Shown here in pieces: positions 13,955-28,616 of a stretch of DNA of 64,000 nt. How positions within the stretch are numbered: the stretch's first letter is position 1; every line of letters starts with the position of its first letter. This stretch comes from the human T2T-CHM13v2.0 reference genome, Homo sapiens. Under the pieces are notes generated by a model that made no database searches, had not been told where the DNA came from, and saw nothing but the letters and a program-made list of their open reading frames with translations. Position numbers and translations under genes: made by a program. Location: the NCBI RefSeq assembly GCF_009914755.1, contig NC_060940.1; one strand, written 5' to 3'.

Positions 13955-14690
13955 TGACCTTGGAATCATTTCTTTGCTTCACGTTCTCCATGCAATCAGC
14001 AGATACTCTTGGCTCAATCTTTAAAATGCACCCAGCATCCAACCTCTTCAGTACTGCCACTGCTCTAGTGGAACCTCCTCCAACCGCTTCCTGGCAGAGT
14101 TGACAAGTCCTTGTTCTACTCGAGACAACCTGCACTCCTTTCACCTTAACTGCCAGTAATCTTCCTAAAGCTAGATCCTATTGCTCTTCTCTTCTGCTCA
14201 AAGTTCTCCATTGGCTTCCATCGTACTCAGCGTTAAATCTGAAATCCTTACACTGACTGACAAGGCCTCCAGTCCCACTTTTCATGTATTGCTTAACCAC
14301 TCTTCACCTTGTTTCTTGTACTCCAAGCATCGTGCCATTCCTCAATTAGATTAGTATATTCCTGCCTCGGGGACTTTGGGGTCTCTCTGCCAGGAACACT
14401 CTCCTAGAGCCATATGTGGTTCACCTTCCTTGAGGTCTCTGTTTAAGTGCTAAATAATCAAGTGGTCGTGCCTGATCATTATAATCTGAAGGTGTTTTCC
14501 TATTTCCTCACCCCTTCACCCCTGCTACTTTACTTTCTGACACTGTGTGCTAATTGGTTGATTTGTTGTCCGTTTCCATTTTGAAGCAAGCTTGTCAGAA
14601 GGTGGGAGCCGTGCCTGTTTATTTTGTAATCAGACCCCAGAACAGTTTCTGGTTCACAGTAAGCACTAAAGACATGTGTGAAAAATGGAA
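13955..14690 (+). mobile_element. L2 fragment
   Basis: L2 motifs: ccttggaatcatt, ctctctcc/caatcagca, ctgctcaaagttctccattggcttcc, and a 3' end cacagtaagcact. Confidence 0.65.
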
Positions 14691-15699
14691 TTACCTTCTT
14701 TAATACTCAAAACAGTCTTTCGAAGTAAGCATTATTTCCCAGTTTTATGAATGCTCAGAAAGTTCAAAACTTGCTCAAAGCTCCATAGCTAGCTCCATAG
14801 CTACTGAGTGTCAAGTCAGTGTGGATTCAACTCTATTTTTATGATTTTAGGGTCCTTGCTCCTTCCACCGTACAATGCTGCCTGCCCCCATCTGAAGATG
14901 TGGGATTCCATGAGGAGCAGCTTATTAGTATTGAGTGCCTGCTCATCCTTAACTTAATATGACTAGTCTGCAGCCCAGGTAGCTTCCAGACACGTAAACA
15001 CCCAGTTTCAATGCAGTGTGACACAAGTCTCTGGGTGGTATGACTGCTTTAGGGCCTTCTCTCTTTTCTGAAGAGAATTTTATGTATAATATGTACAGTG
15101 CAACCATAAGGATGGCTTCCCCAAGGTGGAGATCCAACCAAGATACCCAGATAAGGCATCACACACTGATGATGATATACAATGACTGCCCCTAGACTGG
15201 CACTCAGTATGGGCAGGGATCTGGGGGACAACAAAGCTGTTTGGTGACACTGGATGACAGGAGGATGCCGCCATGGGCAGAATGGTCTTCTCTAGGGTCT
15301 AGTTTAAGTGACTACAATGGGTAGAAACTTCTACCCAAGTGGAAGCTCCATAAGGGGAGGAAACTCTCACAGTGCCTAGCAGAGTACCGTACCTGGTCCA
15401 CAGTGGGGGGCTCAGAGAAGAGGCAAAGAACGGAATCTTCTTCCGTCACCATGCGCCTCCTTACTGCTCACTAATGTTTTCTGAAAACTCACAGCCAGAA
15501 AATACACTCAAACGACATTCATAGTAGTCACCCTGCCAAGCATGTAATCATCCCTATACTTGGGATGGGAATGGGAGAAAATCCTCAACTTAGTAAACTG
15601 TAGGCCACATTTTTGGGTCAGAACAAACACGTGGGCTCGTATCCTTTATTCTTCCAAAAGCCACCTGACTCAGCCATGAGGCACAGAGAGAAACTCCTC

Positions 15700-15979
15700 T
15701 TTTTGAGACAGGGTCTCAAAAAAAGCCCAGGCTGGAGTGCAGTGGTGCAATCTCGGGTCACTGCAACCTTCACCTCCTGGGTTCAAGAGATCCTCCCACC
15801 TCCCCAGTAGCTAGGCCTACGGGCACCTGCCACCACACCCAGCTAGTTTTTATATTCTTAGTAGAGACGGGGTTTCACCATGTTAGCCAGGCTGGTCTCA
15901 AACTCCGGACCTCAGGTGATCCACCCGCCTCAGCCTCCCAAAGTGTTGGGATTACAGGTGTGAGCCACAGCACTCAGCC
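15700..15979 (-). mobile_element. Alu (AluJ/S-like)
   Basis: Dimer. TSD ctcctctttt on both sides. Confidence 0.92.
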
Positions 15980-17039
15980 AAGCTCCTCTTTTAATAAGCC
16001 ATTTCTCATATGCACCCTATGACTCCCCTCATTCCAGCACCACAGGTAGAACTGACCATCACTGTAACACTGTGAATATTCCACCACTTATTTGTTGTTG
16101 TAGCTTTCTTTTAAGAACAGGACCTTTTAAGAATAGGACCCAGCTGTATTCTTTCATCCCTAGAAGAGTGCTGGAGGTATATAAGGTGCTTGGTGACTTG
16201 GCTTTGAACAAGATCGAGGACCTCACAGCACTTTTCACATGATCTTTCATGTAGCCATACACTCATGCATTTATTCATTTAAGACTTATTGAGTACCTGT
16301 TGCGTGCCCATTGTGGTATTAGGTGCTGGGTGAGCCAAAAATAACAAGACAAATGGCCTCCTTGGACCATACGTGCATGTTGACTTTCCCCATCCTTCCA
16401 GGAGATACTGTTGGGCAATTTCATAATTGGTCATTGTCGTTGGGGGTGCTGGTGGCCTTCTAGGCTGAATCTTTCTTTGGTAATTAAGGGTGGAAATGAG
16501 AAATCACTGATAGTCTGGAAGAACATGACCGCTTGCTCATTTCTTCCCTATGTAGTATCCCAGCATGGACTAGGATGATCTGGCTCTGAGTAACTGCTAC
16601 AGAGCTATTTTTTTTTTTGGTCTTGTGCAAGATTCTTTAGCACGAGGCAAGCAGATTAGGCTGAAAGATATTTCCTGGCATTTGTCAGATTACTTCAAAT
16701 AGTGAAGAATGGTACAGTTTACTCAGACTTTCCATTTTCCTATCAGTACTCACTGCACTTCCCTTGAACTAACTTTAAGAAAACATTTAGGTATAGTCCT
16801 AGGGCAATACATATTCACTGATGACTATTACTTTTGATTTCTGAATTTTTTATATCTTCAACAAACATGAACATCTTTATATATGGATTATAGTTGTCTC
16901 CTCCATTAAAATATGAGCTCCTTGAGGGCTATTGTTGTTCACCTTTATGTTCCCATTTTCAAATTAATAATGGTTAAAAAGCATTATTGTAGCAATTAAA
17001 TATTCCCTTCAGACCCATGCAAACAAGATCACTAGGATA

Positions 17040-17285
17040 GGCTGGGCATGTGGCTTGTGACAGTAAACCCAGAACTTGAGGCCAGGAGTTCGAGATCAGC
17101 CTGGCCAACATGGTGAAACCCTGTCTCTACTAAAAATTCAAAAATTAGCCAGGCGTGGTGGTGCACACCTATAATCCCAGCTACTCAGGAGGCTGAGGCA
17201 GGAGAATGGCATGAACCCGGGAGGCAGAGGTTACAGTGAGCTGTGTACTCCCACCTGCATGACAGACTGAGACTGTCTGAAAAAG
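17040..17285 (+). mobile_element. Alu with internal deletions
   Basis: gaggccaggagttcgagatcagcctggccaacatggtgaaacc... Confidence 0.88.
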
Positions 17286-17304
17286 ATTATTTGGACAGCA
17301 ACTT

Positions 17305-17400
17305 CCCCAGAGTGGTGCCTTATACAACTCCAGGGAGCACTGTCACATAGACTTCGGGTGAATGGCTTACCCTAGAGTTGTACAATGTCACAGGCTGCAC
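17305..17400. mobile_element. MER91-like palindromic hAT MITE
   Basis: acaactccaggg...tcacatagacttcgggtgaatg...ccctagagttgtac internal palindrome. Confidence 0.5.
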
Positions 17401-17472
17401 TACTAACAAAGTAGCCTTTGAAAAAATTATCTAAAGACTAGTAAAGTTGACTGGAGCATGGTGCCTTTTTAC

Positions 17473-17620
17473 CTCTCTTTTCAGGAGCTGGACAGAAGTT
17501 TGTATTACAGGCTCGTAGCACCGGAGGTTTCTGATGGAGCAGACAACTTGAGGAAGGCCGGCCTTGCTGAACACAGTGGACTGACCGGGTCTGGACCCCT
17601 CCCCCACAGGTGACTGTGCA
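17473..17620 (-). CDS. ADAMTS18: ADAMTS18 exon ~22 (148 nt): last TSR
   Basis: ctgcag|TGC ACA... encodes CTVTCGGGVQTRSVHCVQQGRPSSSCLLHQKPPVLRACNTNFCPAPEKR. Donor G|gtaaa. Confidence 0.97.
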
Positions 17621-18382
17621 CTGCAGCAGAGAGAAGAGGAAGGAGTCAGAAACACTCTACTGAGGTCAGTGACATCAAACAGAAGGAATTCCCATGCTTC
17701 ATGACATTAACAAGATGCCTGCTGATGAAACAGATTGGCTGGAGCCAGGCACATGTGCTTACAGTCCACAGCATCTATCCTAACAAGTGTGATCCCTTTG
17801 ATCTGATTAGAAGGGTTTTAGGCAAATGCTATCTATCTAGCCCAAGAGTGTGTGTCTCCCAGTTAAGTGACTCACTCATAAAGAAGAGAAGCTCCAGAAA
17901 TACAGAAGCTGCTCTAAGAATGCAGAAACAAATACAGACACACCTAGGGAGTTAATCACAGGATTTAAAGAATTCCAGACAATCTGTGCAGCTGCAGTAG
18001 TGGAGGACATAGTTCAAAACTGGGACAGAAAAAGAAATGGTCAGAGACAGCTCTGGAATTAGGTCCTCGGTGCCCAGCCACATTCTGAGTTGGCATGACA
18101 GAGTTGGTGCTTCTTAGGAGTCGCTGATTTCAGTGTGCAATTAAAAATTTTCAAAAGTAGACAACTCAACTGTCTTTCTTCCAGACAGCCATATGAAAAA
18201 TTTATAAAGATACTTCATAACAAAAGGAAAACCAGGGAAAAATGTAGCCCTTTAAATGGATTTTTCTTATTTTAAAAAGTTACTACATTAATTTTTCTTA
18301 AATGTACATATGCATTATAATTGACTGTAGTTTCTGTCTCAATTAAAATTTAAGGGCAAGTCTTGTTATCAAATTATCTAAA

Positions 18383-18613
18383 CTAGGAGTTTGTAAACTT
18401 TTCCTTTAAAGGGGAAGATAGATAGTAAATATTTCAGGCTGTATAGGCATACGGCCTCTGTTGCAAGTACTCCTCACTGCCGTTGTAGCACTAAAGCAGC
18501 TGTGGTCAATATATTAAGCAAATGAACATGGCTACATTCCAGTTAAACTTTATAAAAACAGGCAGGTATTGGGGGAGCAGATTTGGCTGGGTGGCAACTG
18601 TTTGCTGACCCCT
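18383..18613 (+). mobile_element. MER58A (hAT-Charlie)
   Basis: aaacttttc...gatagtaaatatttcaggct...cagatttggc...tttgctgacccct, flanked by (t/a)atctaaa, an 8-bp TSD-like repeat. Confidence 0.8.
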
Positions 18614-19474
18614 TAATCTAAATAAACTTATTAGAGTCAATTTTAAAAAGAAATCCCCAGCAATATGTGTAACACCTAGCACAATGCCTGGCCAGAGAAA
18701 ATCAGGCTAATTTCCTTTCCTCTCATCCATGTGTTGGTTTCCAGATCCTCCCAGATAGATAACGTACGTACATATTGATACCTCTACCCGGACTCTGTGA
18801 TTAATGGTGAGGTGGGGAGCACCCGAGTCCTCTGAACTGAACAGCTGTGCAGCAACATCTGCTGGGTGGAATGCTGGAAGGACCGCGTCACACACCAATC
18901 CTAGCTAAAGTTTCACCCAAGTCTTCTGAAAAGAAGGGTGCCTCTAGCATCTGATAAGTTTAAAAGCGAAGTATCCTTGGCTGAATTGCCTGACATTCTG
19001 AGCTTTAGGGACCATACTACCCCTGAATAGGAGTACTTAGCACCGTGCATAGTAATAGCTTGACAAATATTAGCTATTACATTGTTCAGAAACATGATGT
19101 AAGAACCAAATGAGTAAAGGCTGTGAGCAGCATTTCTAAAACAGAAAGACTCGAGTGGTAGTTTCCGTAGCAACAGCAATGACCAACATTAGCAGTGTAT
19201 AACTGGCCTGGTGGTAAGTGTTTTACATACATTTTCTGATGAACAAAAACAAATCAACTCTCCCAGATAATGATTTTCTAGATGTGAAAACTGAGGTTTA
19301 CAGATTGTTACCTGCCCAGGGCCAAAGAACAAAACCCATTCTGCCTTCAGAACTTGAGCCCTTAGTTGTTTTTACTTAGACAACCATTAACAGACTAAGA
19401 GCAACTGTTTGCAGAACGCCTCATTTTTCGACATCTCACTTGAATAGACACCTCCTCAATCGGCCTGTACCCAC

Positions 19475-19687
19475 CTGCTGCCACGGCAATGAATACCATC
19501 CAGCTACCATGTTGTACACTGGATGGGCTGGGCAAGCCCGTCGGTTGCAGGTCTCTTCCAAGTCCAGATTTGGTTTCTTAATATTACGGCATCTTCGCTC
19601 TGGGAAAGTTATCAGCTTTCCCTGGAAGCCCTTCTCGCTGCACTTCATCTCCCTCTTCCTCACACCCAAACCACAGGTTGCAGAACA
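19475..19687 (-). CDS. ADAMTS18: ADAMTS18 exon ~21 (213 nt): TSR
   Basis: cctag|TGT TCT... encodes CSATCGLGVRKREMKCSEKGFQGKLITFPERRCRNIKKPNLDLEETCNRRACPAHPVYNMVAGWYSLPWQQ. Donor CAG|gtgggt. Confidence 0.97.
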
Positions 19688-20232
19688 CTAGGAGCCAAGA
19701 CAGGATGTGTAAAAGTGAAGACTGCCAGGATCACATCTTCTGGACAGAGGCAGTTTGACATAAGGTTGCACCATCCACATGAAATAGGAGGGATGGGATT
19801 ACACAAGGTCAACCACACTCACTCGAGGATCTTACAGATACAGCAGCCAAGTACCTCATGCTATAGGTAAGGAAACCAAAGTTCAGAGAACGGAACTGAC
19901 TTTCCCAAAATCACACAGATCATTAGCCTCATAAAGTAAAAAAGGAACCTTGGGATGCCACATGGGTGTGAGATGGAGTCCAGGAGAAAGGCAAGATGGG
20001 CAAAAGAATTTCCAGGTTTAGGGTTACACACTTACAGGTCCAGGTCTACCTAAGGCCTGAGGAGTTAGGAATCTGAGTTGAAGAGGGTAAGGGCCAGAGA
20101 AAAGGATTCAGAGCTTAATGGGAAAAACCACTGTACAGCAAATAATTGCTCTTTAAATATACCCAACCTCTCACACACAGGAGGTAACATGATGAGGGTC
20201 AAAAGTATCCTTTTAGGAAAAATATCCTTTTA

Positions 20233-20512
20233 GGCTGGGTGCAGTGGCTCAGGCCTGTAATCACAGCAGTTTGGAAGTCTGGGGCAGGTGGATCACTTGA
20301 GCCCAGGAGTTCAAGACCAGCCTCAGCAACATGGTGAAGCCTCAGCAACATGGTGAAACCACATCTCTATAAAAATTAGCCAGGTATAGTGGTGCATGCC
20401 TCTAGTCCGAGGCAGCAGATTACCTGAGCGAGGGAGGTGGAGGCTGCAGTGAGCTGAGATTTTGCCACTGCACTCTAGGACAACAGAGCAAGACCCTGTC
20501 TCAAAAATAAAA
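20233..20512 (+). mobile_element. AluJ-like with internal 19-bp tandem duplication
   Basis: gatcacttgagcccaggagttcaagacc (AluJ diagnostics). Confidence 0.88.
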
Positions 20513-21035
20513 AATTTACTCCCCAGTATTTGTGAGAGATATTTCTAGTGTGTCACCCAAGGCCCTCATGATTTTTCCACCCCATCCCATGTCCCTTCTT
20601 TACTAAATGTGCAGTCCCCTGTCATCACTCCTGTGTAGAGGCTGCACCCTCTGTCTGGGACAACCTTGCCCCAAATCCCCTTTTGCTTTGATTCCTGCTC
20701 ATTTTTCAGGCCATGCTCCCTAGAAAGTCTCTTCTGACAAGGGTTCTTCCCAAAGACCGGCTTGGGTGAAGCTTGAGCTCTCCCATAAAATGACAGACTT
20801 CTATCAAGTCACTTGACGTGTGCTTTCTCTGCGTGTGCTTTATGAAGTCTTGCGCCCCTACTGCCCAGACATAGGCTTGATCAATGTGGGGGTGCTTTAG
20901 CAATGTTTCGTGAAGAAATCAGGAGAGAACTGGGAAGTAGCAGGCATTTGGTATCAATGTGTGCAACACAAAGGAGTTTTGTGAGCCTAGATGCTAGCAG
21001 GTCAGCTGAGCATCTCAAGAAACCTCCAGCAGTGA

Positions 21036-21260
<225 letters not shown>

Positions 21261-21284
21261 CCAGCAGTGACTTCTAATCCATAC

Positions 21285-21467
21285 CTCGCTCCACGAAGAA
21301 GCGACCCACTGTAGCCGGCTGTTCTTGGGGCATCGTCCAAGCACACAGCCCTCCTGCAGCTCAGGTCTGGGGAGACTGGTACACTGGCTCTCGGGGAGGG
21401 TTTCTGCGGCAGAGCCCTTGCAGAGGAGTTCACGCTTCCTCACCCCTCGTCCACAGGTCTTGGAACA
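21285..21467 (-). CDS. ADAMTS18: ADAMTS18 exon ~20 (183 nt): TSR
   Basis: ctcaag|TGT TCC... encodes CSKTCGRGVRKRELLCKGSAAETLPESQCTSLPRPELQEGCVLGRCPKNSRLQWVASSWSE. Donor GAG|gtatgg. Confidence 0.97.
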
Positions 21468-21832
21468 CTTGAGAAGACAAAAAAGTTCTATTTGCATTCC
21501 CATTAGGTTTCAGTAGCCACATTAAAAAAAAAAACAAAACACTAAATATATTCCTGTGAAAGGTGGGATAAACTCCATGAACTAAAGCTCTTTTTACGAG
21601 ATCTACTTAACCACCCCCATTCCCATTACCCACCATACATATCTGGCTAAAACAATTATTTGAATTCTTTCTGTAAATTATATTGCTAACTGCAAAGAAA
21701 GAGACTAGACTCAACACCATGTACTATTTAGATTTACCCTCTGCTATAAAGGAATATATTCTCTCATTTGAAAGAACCCCTAAACAAGCTCAAAAATATT
21801 CTCTCTCCCTCCTGACCCCTAATTCCCTAACG

Positions 21833-22163
21833 TATCAGTCTCCAATTTCTTTGGCACCAGGGTCGGCTTTTGCAGAACACTGTATTTCCATGGACGGGCA
21901 GGGTGGTGCTTTGGGGATAAAACTGTTCCACCTCAGATCATCACGCATGAGATTCTCATAAGTAACATGCATCCTAGATCCGTCACCTGTGCAGTTCACA
22001 ACAGGGTTCAAACTCCTCTGAGAACCTAACGCTGCCACTGATTTGACAGGAGGTGGAGTTTAGTCTGTGATGCTGGCCTGCTGCTCATCTCCTGCTGGGC
22101 AGCCCAGTTCCTTACAGACCACAAACAGGTACTTGTTCATGACCTGGGGGTTGGGGACCCTTG
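21833..22163 (-). mobile_element. MER1B (hAT-Charlie)
   Basis: tttggcaccaggg...aactgttccacctcagatcatca...gggggttggggaccc. Confidence 0.8.
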
Positions 22164-22429
22164 TGCTAACAGATATGTCCTAACATTAAAAAATAAAGCC
22201 CTACTCTGACCTCTGGTAGTGTATTGCTGAAATTAATCAGAAAGCAGCACCCTCCAGCATGTAATATACGCTAAAGGAAAACACAGAAGAACTGTCATCA
22301 GTGGCTGCTACCTGGCCCCATGGTTCAGGTGGTAAAACTCTTGCCGTTTTTTCATTCTTCCCCATAATTTGTTTGCCAGCAGTGATTGAGCAGTGGTTGA
22401 GCTATCATCTGCAAGGGAAGCTGTAGGGA

Positions 22430-22612
22430 AGGGCTTCTTCCCTTCAGCACCACTGACATTTTGGATCAGATAATTCTTTGTGGTGAGGAGCTGGCCTGGG
22501 CTGTGTAGGACATTCACCTCTACCCACTAGATGCCAGGAGCACTCATCTCCCCAAGTTGTGACATCAAAATGTCCCCTGGTAGGCAAACTTACCCACGGT
22601 TGAGAACCTTTG
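22430..22612. mobile_element. MER20
   Basis: actgacattttggatcagataattctttgt...ctctacccactagatgccag...ggttgagaacc. Confidence 0.8.
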
Positions 22613-23131
22613 CTTTAGAGGGAATTCTGAGCTGTGAACGACAAGGTAGCTCTCTGTCCCTTCTAACTTTAAAATTTTATGGCTTTCACTGGGAATTTGT
22701 GACCATAGCAAACTTTATGCCCTACTTTTCTCTGTATTCTTCTAACTTTACCTCTTTCCCATTGAAGCAAGAGTTAAATATCTCTTCGATGCTTCATTCT
22801 TTGTATTTGCGTTTCCCATTTGCTTTGGAGAATTCAGTAGCCAGTCTTCTGATACTGGAATCCTTTCTAGCTGTGCTCACGAGTCTGGCCTAAATGGCCC
22901 CCACACTCCAATTTCTGTTCCTCTAAGGAGGATTCTAAGCTCTGGGAGAGGGGTGCCAAAACTTCAGATTTCCTAAAGAACATTAGTTAAAATGCAGATT
23001 CCCAGGCACATGAACTCAGGGTGATTTCCATGAACATGTAAACTGCCAAGAGCCCAGTGGAGAGCAAAGACACCTCTACTTTTGCCTTCATGGGGACCGA
23101 GAATAGTAACTCCCAAGTTTTCTCCTGTTAC

Positions 23132-23336
23132 CTGAGACCAGGGTCCAAGGCTCCATTGTGGAGGGCAGGCATGGCTGTTGCAGGCTTGGACCTGAGTGGG
23201 TGTGCTCACTGGACAGAGAGAATGCAACACTGCTTCCTCCTTTTGGAAGGGCTTCTTTTGCACACACTGGATCTTTCGGCTCTGCTGGCCTCCAGCACAG
23301 GCCTTGCTGCATGTACTCCATTCACCTGGCATCCAG
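23132..23336 (-). CDS. ADAMTS18: ADAMTS18 exon ~19 (205 nt): TSR
   Basis: tgaaag|C TGG ATG... encodes (Y)WMPGEWSTCSKACAGGQQSRKIQCVQKK...CNSHACPPQWSLGPWSQ. Donor CAG|gtaac. Confidence 0.96.
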
Positions 23337-24056
23337 CTTTCAGTGCAAAACAAACATTACCAATGAAGCCAAACTTTGTATGATAACTTCCAAAGCAGTT
23401 ACTGTGAAAGGTAAACCACCTATGGAAGCCATGAATCAATTTCAGAACCAATAAGATAAGTTAATCTAATTGTTCTTTGAGGGATCCAGAGGCTTATACT
23501 AATGTGATTGAGATATAAATAATCACATTTAATCATCCCACAGTTCTACAAATATACTCCCGCCTCTGCATGAGAAGAAATACATGCCACTTTAAAATCT
23601 GCACAATTCATTGAGCCAAATTTGTTGGGATTTTAACTATGTGTCAGGGACTCTCCTAAGCATTAGGATTAGAAAAATTAAGGCAGCAGCCTTCTTTCCA
23701 TTAAGGAGCCTATAACACAGTAAAGAGGTGGATATGTGAACAAATAAAGACAGTACTTTCTGATAAGTGCTGCAATGGAAGTCAACATAAAATACAATGA
23801 GGAGGCTCATGGAACAGTCATCAATGAGAGAGAAAGAGAGGGAGGTTTGTGCAGGAGAGAGGGGTACATTTAGAGAAGGTCTCACAGAGGATATTTTTAA
23901 GTGGGTACTTCCCCAAATTACTTTTCTGATTACACCTGAATTTAGTGATAGGTTAAATACCTACCTTCATTTTCTTTAAAATTTGCCAGACCAGTTTTTT
24001 TTTAATAGCTATCTGTCTGAGACTTGGTATATATTTGAACGGTTATCAATTGAAAC

Positions 24057-24278
<222 letters not shown>

Positions 24279-24749
24279 TAATACGATTGCATCACCACAA
24301 ACCAAACACTACTTATGAAGATGATCTAAAACATTGGTGAATGCAACACTGCTTTAGAAGAAACTCCCATCCATTTTATATAAATATATTTGGCAGAAGA
24401 TAAATCACATGAAAGAGACTCCCTTTAACTGGGAAGATTACTTAAAATTAGTCTTCAAACAATAGTGTGGCTAAAGTCAATCCAAGAACAAACTCACTGA
24501 GCCCCTCCAAGGCTGCCATCATCAGCGGTGGAGTTACCACTTGGCCTATACCCCATTCTTTTTATTTTGTGTCTTGCTACTGTGTAATTTTGCATTTGGG
24601 GTTTCATGGCCCGCATAATATTATGATTTTTAAATTCTTGGACCATTTACAAAAAAGTTAGGCACACAACCGCACGCAAATTGAACTAATTTAGGATTCT
24701 GTGTTATTTAAATATCTGTCTGATTCCATTCAGAGAAGAGGAATCCCTA

Positions 24750-25097
<348 letters not shown>

Positions 25098-25197
25098 TTA
25101 TTCCTGGCTATCAAGCCAAAGTCAAGTGAGTACCAAAAGTAAATTTGTATTTTTCAACTCAAATGTAAACTTCAACCATCTTTTTTAAAAAAATTTC

Positions 25198-25350
25198 TTT
25201 TAGAGACAAGATCTCACTCTTTCACCCAGGCTAATATGTAAGTGGCACAATCATGGCTCACTGGAGCCTGGAACTCCTGGGTTCTACTGATCTTCCCTCT
25301 TCAGCCTCCCAAGTAGCTAGGACCACACACGTGCCACCATGCCTAGCTCA
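25198..25350 (-). mobile_element. Alu monomer (AluJ/FRAM-like)
   Basis: tttagagacaagatctcactct...gtgccaccatgcctagct. Confidence 0.8.
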
Positions 25351-25497
25351 TCATCTTCTATTACTTTTTAAAGTATTGCGTCTACCTTTGAATCACTTTC
25401 CATTAGCAGTATTCACAGTGAGCTTTCATCATCTCATAACAACAATGAAGGCATACAAGTACAAAACTAAACAAAAAGACACTTCCAAATGACTTAC

Positions 25498-25624
25498 TAA
25501 GCCGGGCAGGAGAAAGCGTTGCAGATTTTGGGCTCAGTTACTGGCTTGGTTTTTGCACTGCAGAATGAGGAATTGACTTGAGTATTTTGATCTCGCAAGC
25601 AAATGGCCTTTACATTTATGTAAC
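25498..25624 (-). CDS. ADAMTS18: ADAMTS18 exon ~18 (127 nt): TSR
   Basis: ccag|GT TAC ATA... encodes GYINVKAICLRDQNTQVNSSFCSAKTKPVTEPKICNAFSCPA. Donor TA|gtaagt. Confidence 0.96.
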
Positions 25625-26086
25625 CTGGTAAGACATCAGAAGTGACAAAGTGAAAATTACAGATTATTATTTCAATTTGGTTCTAAGTTTAGCTTCTGAT
25701 TTACCAGCATTGTGATATTTTATTTCAGATATGGAATCCAAATATTTTGTGGAACGCTTCCTTTTGATGAAATTTGCAACTAATTTGAATTCCATTCCCC
25801 TCCCTAAAATAATATATTTTATATTTTAATAATTGTAACATGTAGATTATTGGTTTTCAAGACTGATGTGGATACTAGAACCATAAATTGATAAATACAA
25901 CCTTTTGAAAACAGAATGACTATAAAGGGTAACATCCCAGGCAAACTTTATTATCAGATTAATGTTCTTCAAAGAAAAACCATTCGTGAGTTATATATGG
26001 AAACCCTAAGATTTTGCCTTAACATGAAATATCTCATACTTCTTAAGAGCATGGGGCACATAAAAGCAAAGAGTAGAACTCACTAA

Positions 26087-26511
<425 letters not shown>

Positions 26512-26720
26512 TAAAAATGTGTGAATAATTGTATTTTTTAGTTCCCCAAATAGAGATGCTGCCTCCCCTTTGAATTGTGTTTTTTATTTACATTGGAACT
26601 TTGTCTTCAAATATAATCTGAGAAAGAATAAGTCACTCCTGCTATAATGATTAGCAGTTAGTCCAGCTCCTGGGGCTGAAGCAGGTTTGCTTTCAGGAGG
26701 CACTTACGAAAACCACATCA

Positions 26721-27028
<308 letters not shown>

Positions 27029-28474
27029 TCAACATTCCTTGAAGTTAACCGTTGACTTTAATAGGACTTATTCATCTGAATTCTTTTTCTCTTGGACACA
27101 GGACACACCAGGGTCTGTGAGTCATGCGAAGGGGTTGCTAAGGCAGGGCAAGGCGAGAATTTCACAACTGGCTTCCTCTGCATCCTCCTCTTGGCTGGAT
27201 TTAGATTCTGTAAGTGGAAAGCAAATCAAACTTCTCTCCTTCCCAAGGCACTGTGCTCTCCCTGGAATACCAGAAAGCTATTGGAAATGTTCTCAAGAAA
27301 CACTGGATATGAGAAAGACCTCATAATCTGTGACTAAATGAAACAGTGTGAAGAGATGTCTATAACATGATTTCAGTACAGAGGGATACAAAATGATACT
27401 CACGGTATGTGAGTCTGTCAAACACATGTTTGCTTACATGTGCCTAGGGAAACAAATGATATAGATCAAAATATTAACATTGGCTATTGCCTGTTTACAA
27501 ATTATGGGGATTACCTTTCTTCTTAATAGCCCATTGCTTTTAAAATGGGTATTACTAGAAAATGTATTACCTTTTAATTATTTTATATATGTATCCTAAA
27601 AAAGTATTTTTTCATACTTTGTTAATTAGCATGGACCTACAGATAGGCCTTTCAGACATAAGAATTTCTTCATTTTCTGTATCTTTGCTCTGTCTCTGAT
27701 TCTAAGCCTTATTATGCTTAGTGGGATGGAACCAGTAGGAAGTCTCACTGTCACCAGGTGCTCTGAATAATAGGAAATGAGAGACCAACATTCATGCTGT
27801 GGTTTCAGGAACTTATTTTGGGCACTTGTTCTTCCTCCCAAATGAGCAAGTGTGACAATGGTTTAACCCCCAAATATGTGACATTGTTCACATCTAAATA
27901 AAACGCCTTCCTCCTACTCACCCAGTAGATGGTTGCTGTTGTTCCTTCCTTGCAAGGGTTGTCTCAGATTTAATCCATTCCTCTAGTGAGAGAACCTTTG
28001 CTGACCTTACCCCTGAGGGGATATCCATGTTTCAGATAGACATCTTAAGTTTGCCATGTATGCGTCCTCACTTGCCTTGACCCTAGCTTTTATAACTTCC
28101 AAATGGAAGGTTAATAATGACAGAAAAGCCAAGACTGGCGGAAACTAAAAGCTGAAAATTAAACATATATATATAATATAAATATGCTTCTATTTGTAAA
28201 TAATTCAATATATTTTTTATGTTTTTCCCATAAGTTTTAGATGTGTAACTTTTGAGCCTTGGTTGTGGTTGATTTGAGCTTTGTGAGAGTTGATTCCTTA
28301 CCACATAGGAAAACCCTTAACTAATGCCATAATATTTGCTTTTATGGTGATGGTTCTCATAAAAGACAGTTCTTGGGTGGCTTATTTAAACCATATTATG
28401 TTAAAGACGCCTGGAGTGAAAGAACCTGTTTTAAGAGAGACAGACTTTGGAGACAGAATGAGAAAATCATCTAC

Positions 28475-28616
28475 CTCCACCACAGGAGACGGAGCACTCT
28501 GACTGCACGATACTCCAGGTATAGGCAGGTCTTTTTGTGGCTGGTGGAGTTCCATTCATGACCTTGGGAAGTGCATACTTCCAAGCTATCCCTGGATTTT
28601 TGCCTTGCATCAGAAT
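28475..28616 (-). CDS. ADAMTS18: ADAMTS18 exon ~17 (142 nt): end of spacer, start of the next TSR
   Basis: ccag|ATT CTG ATG... encodes ILMQGKNPGIAWKYALPKVMNGTPPATKRPAYTWSIVQSECSVSCGG. Donor G|gtagat. Confidence 0.96.
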
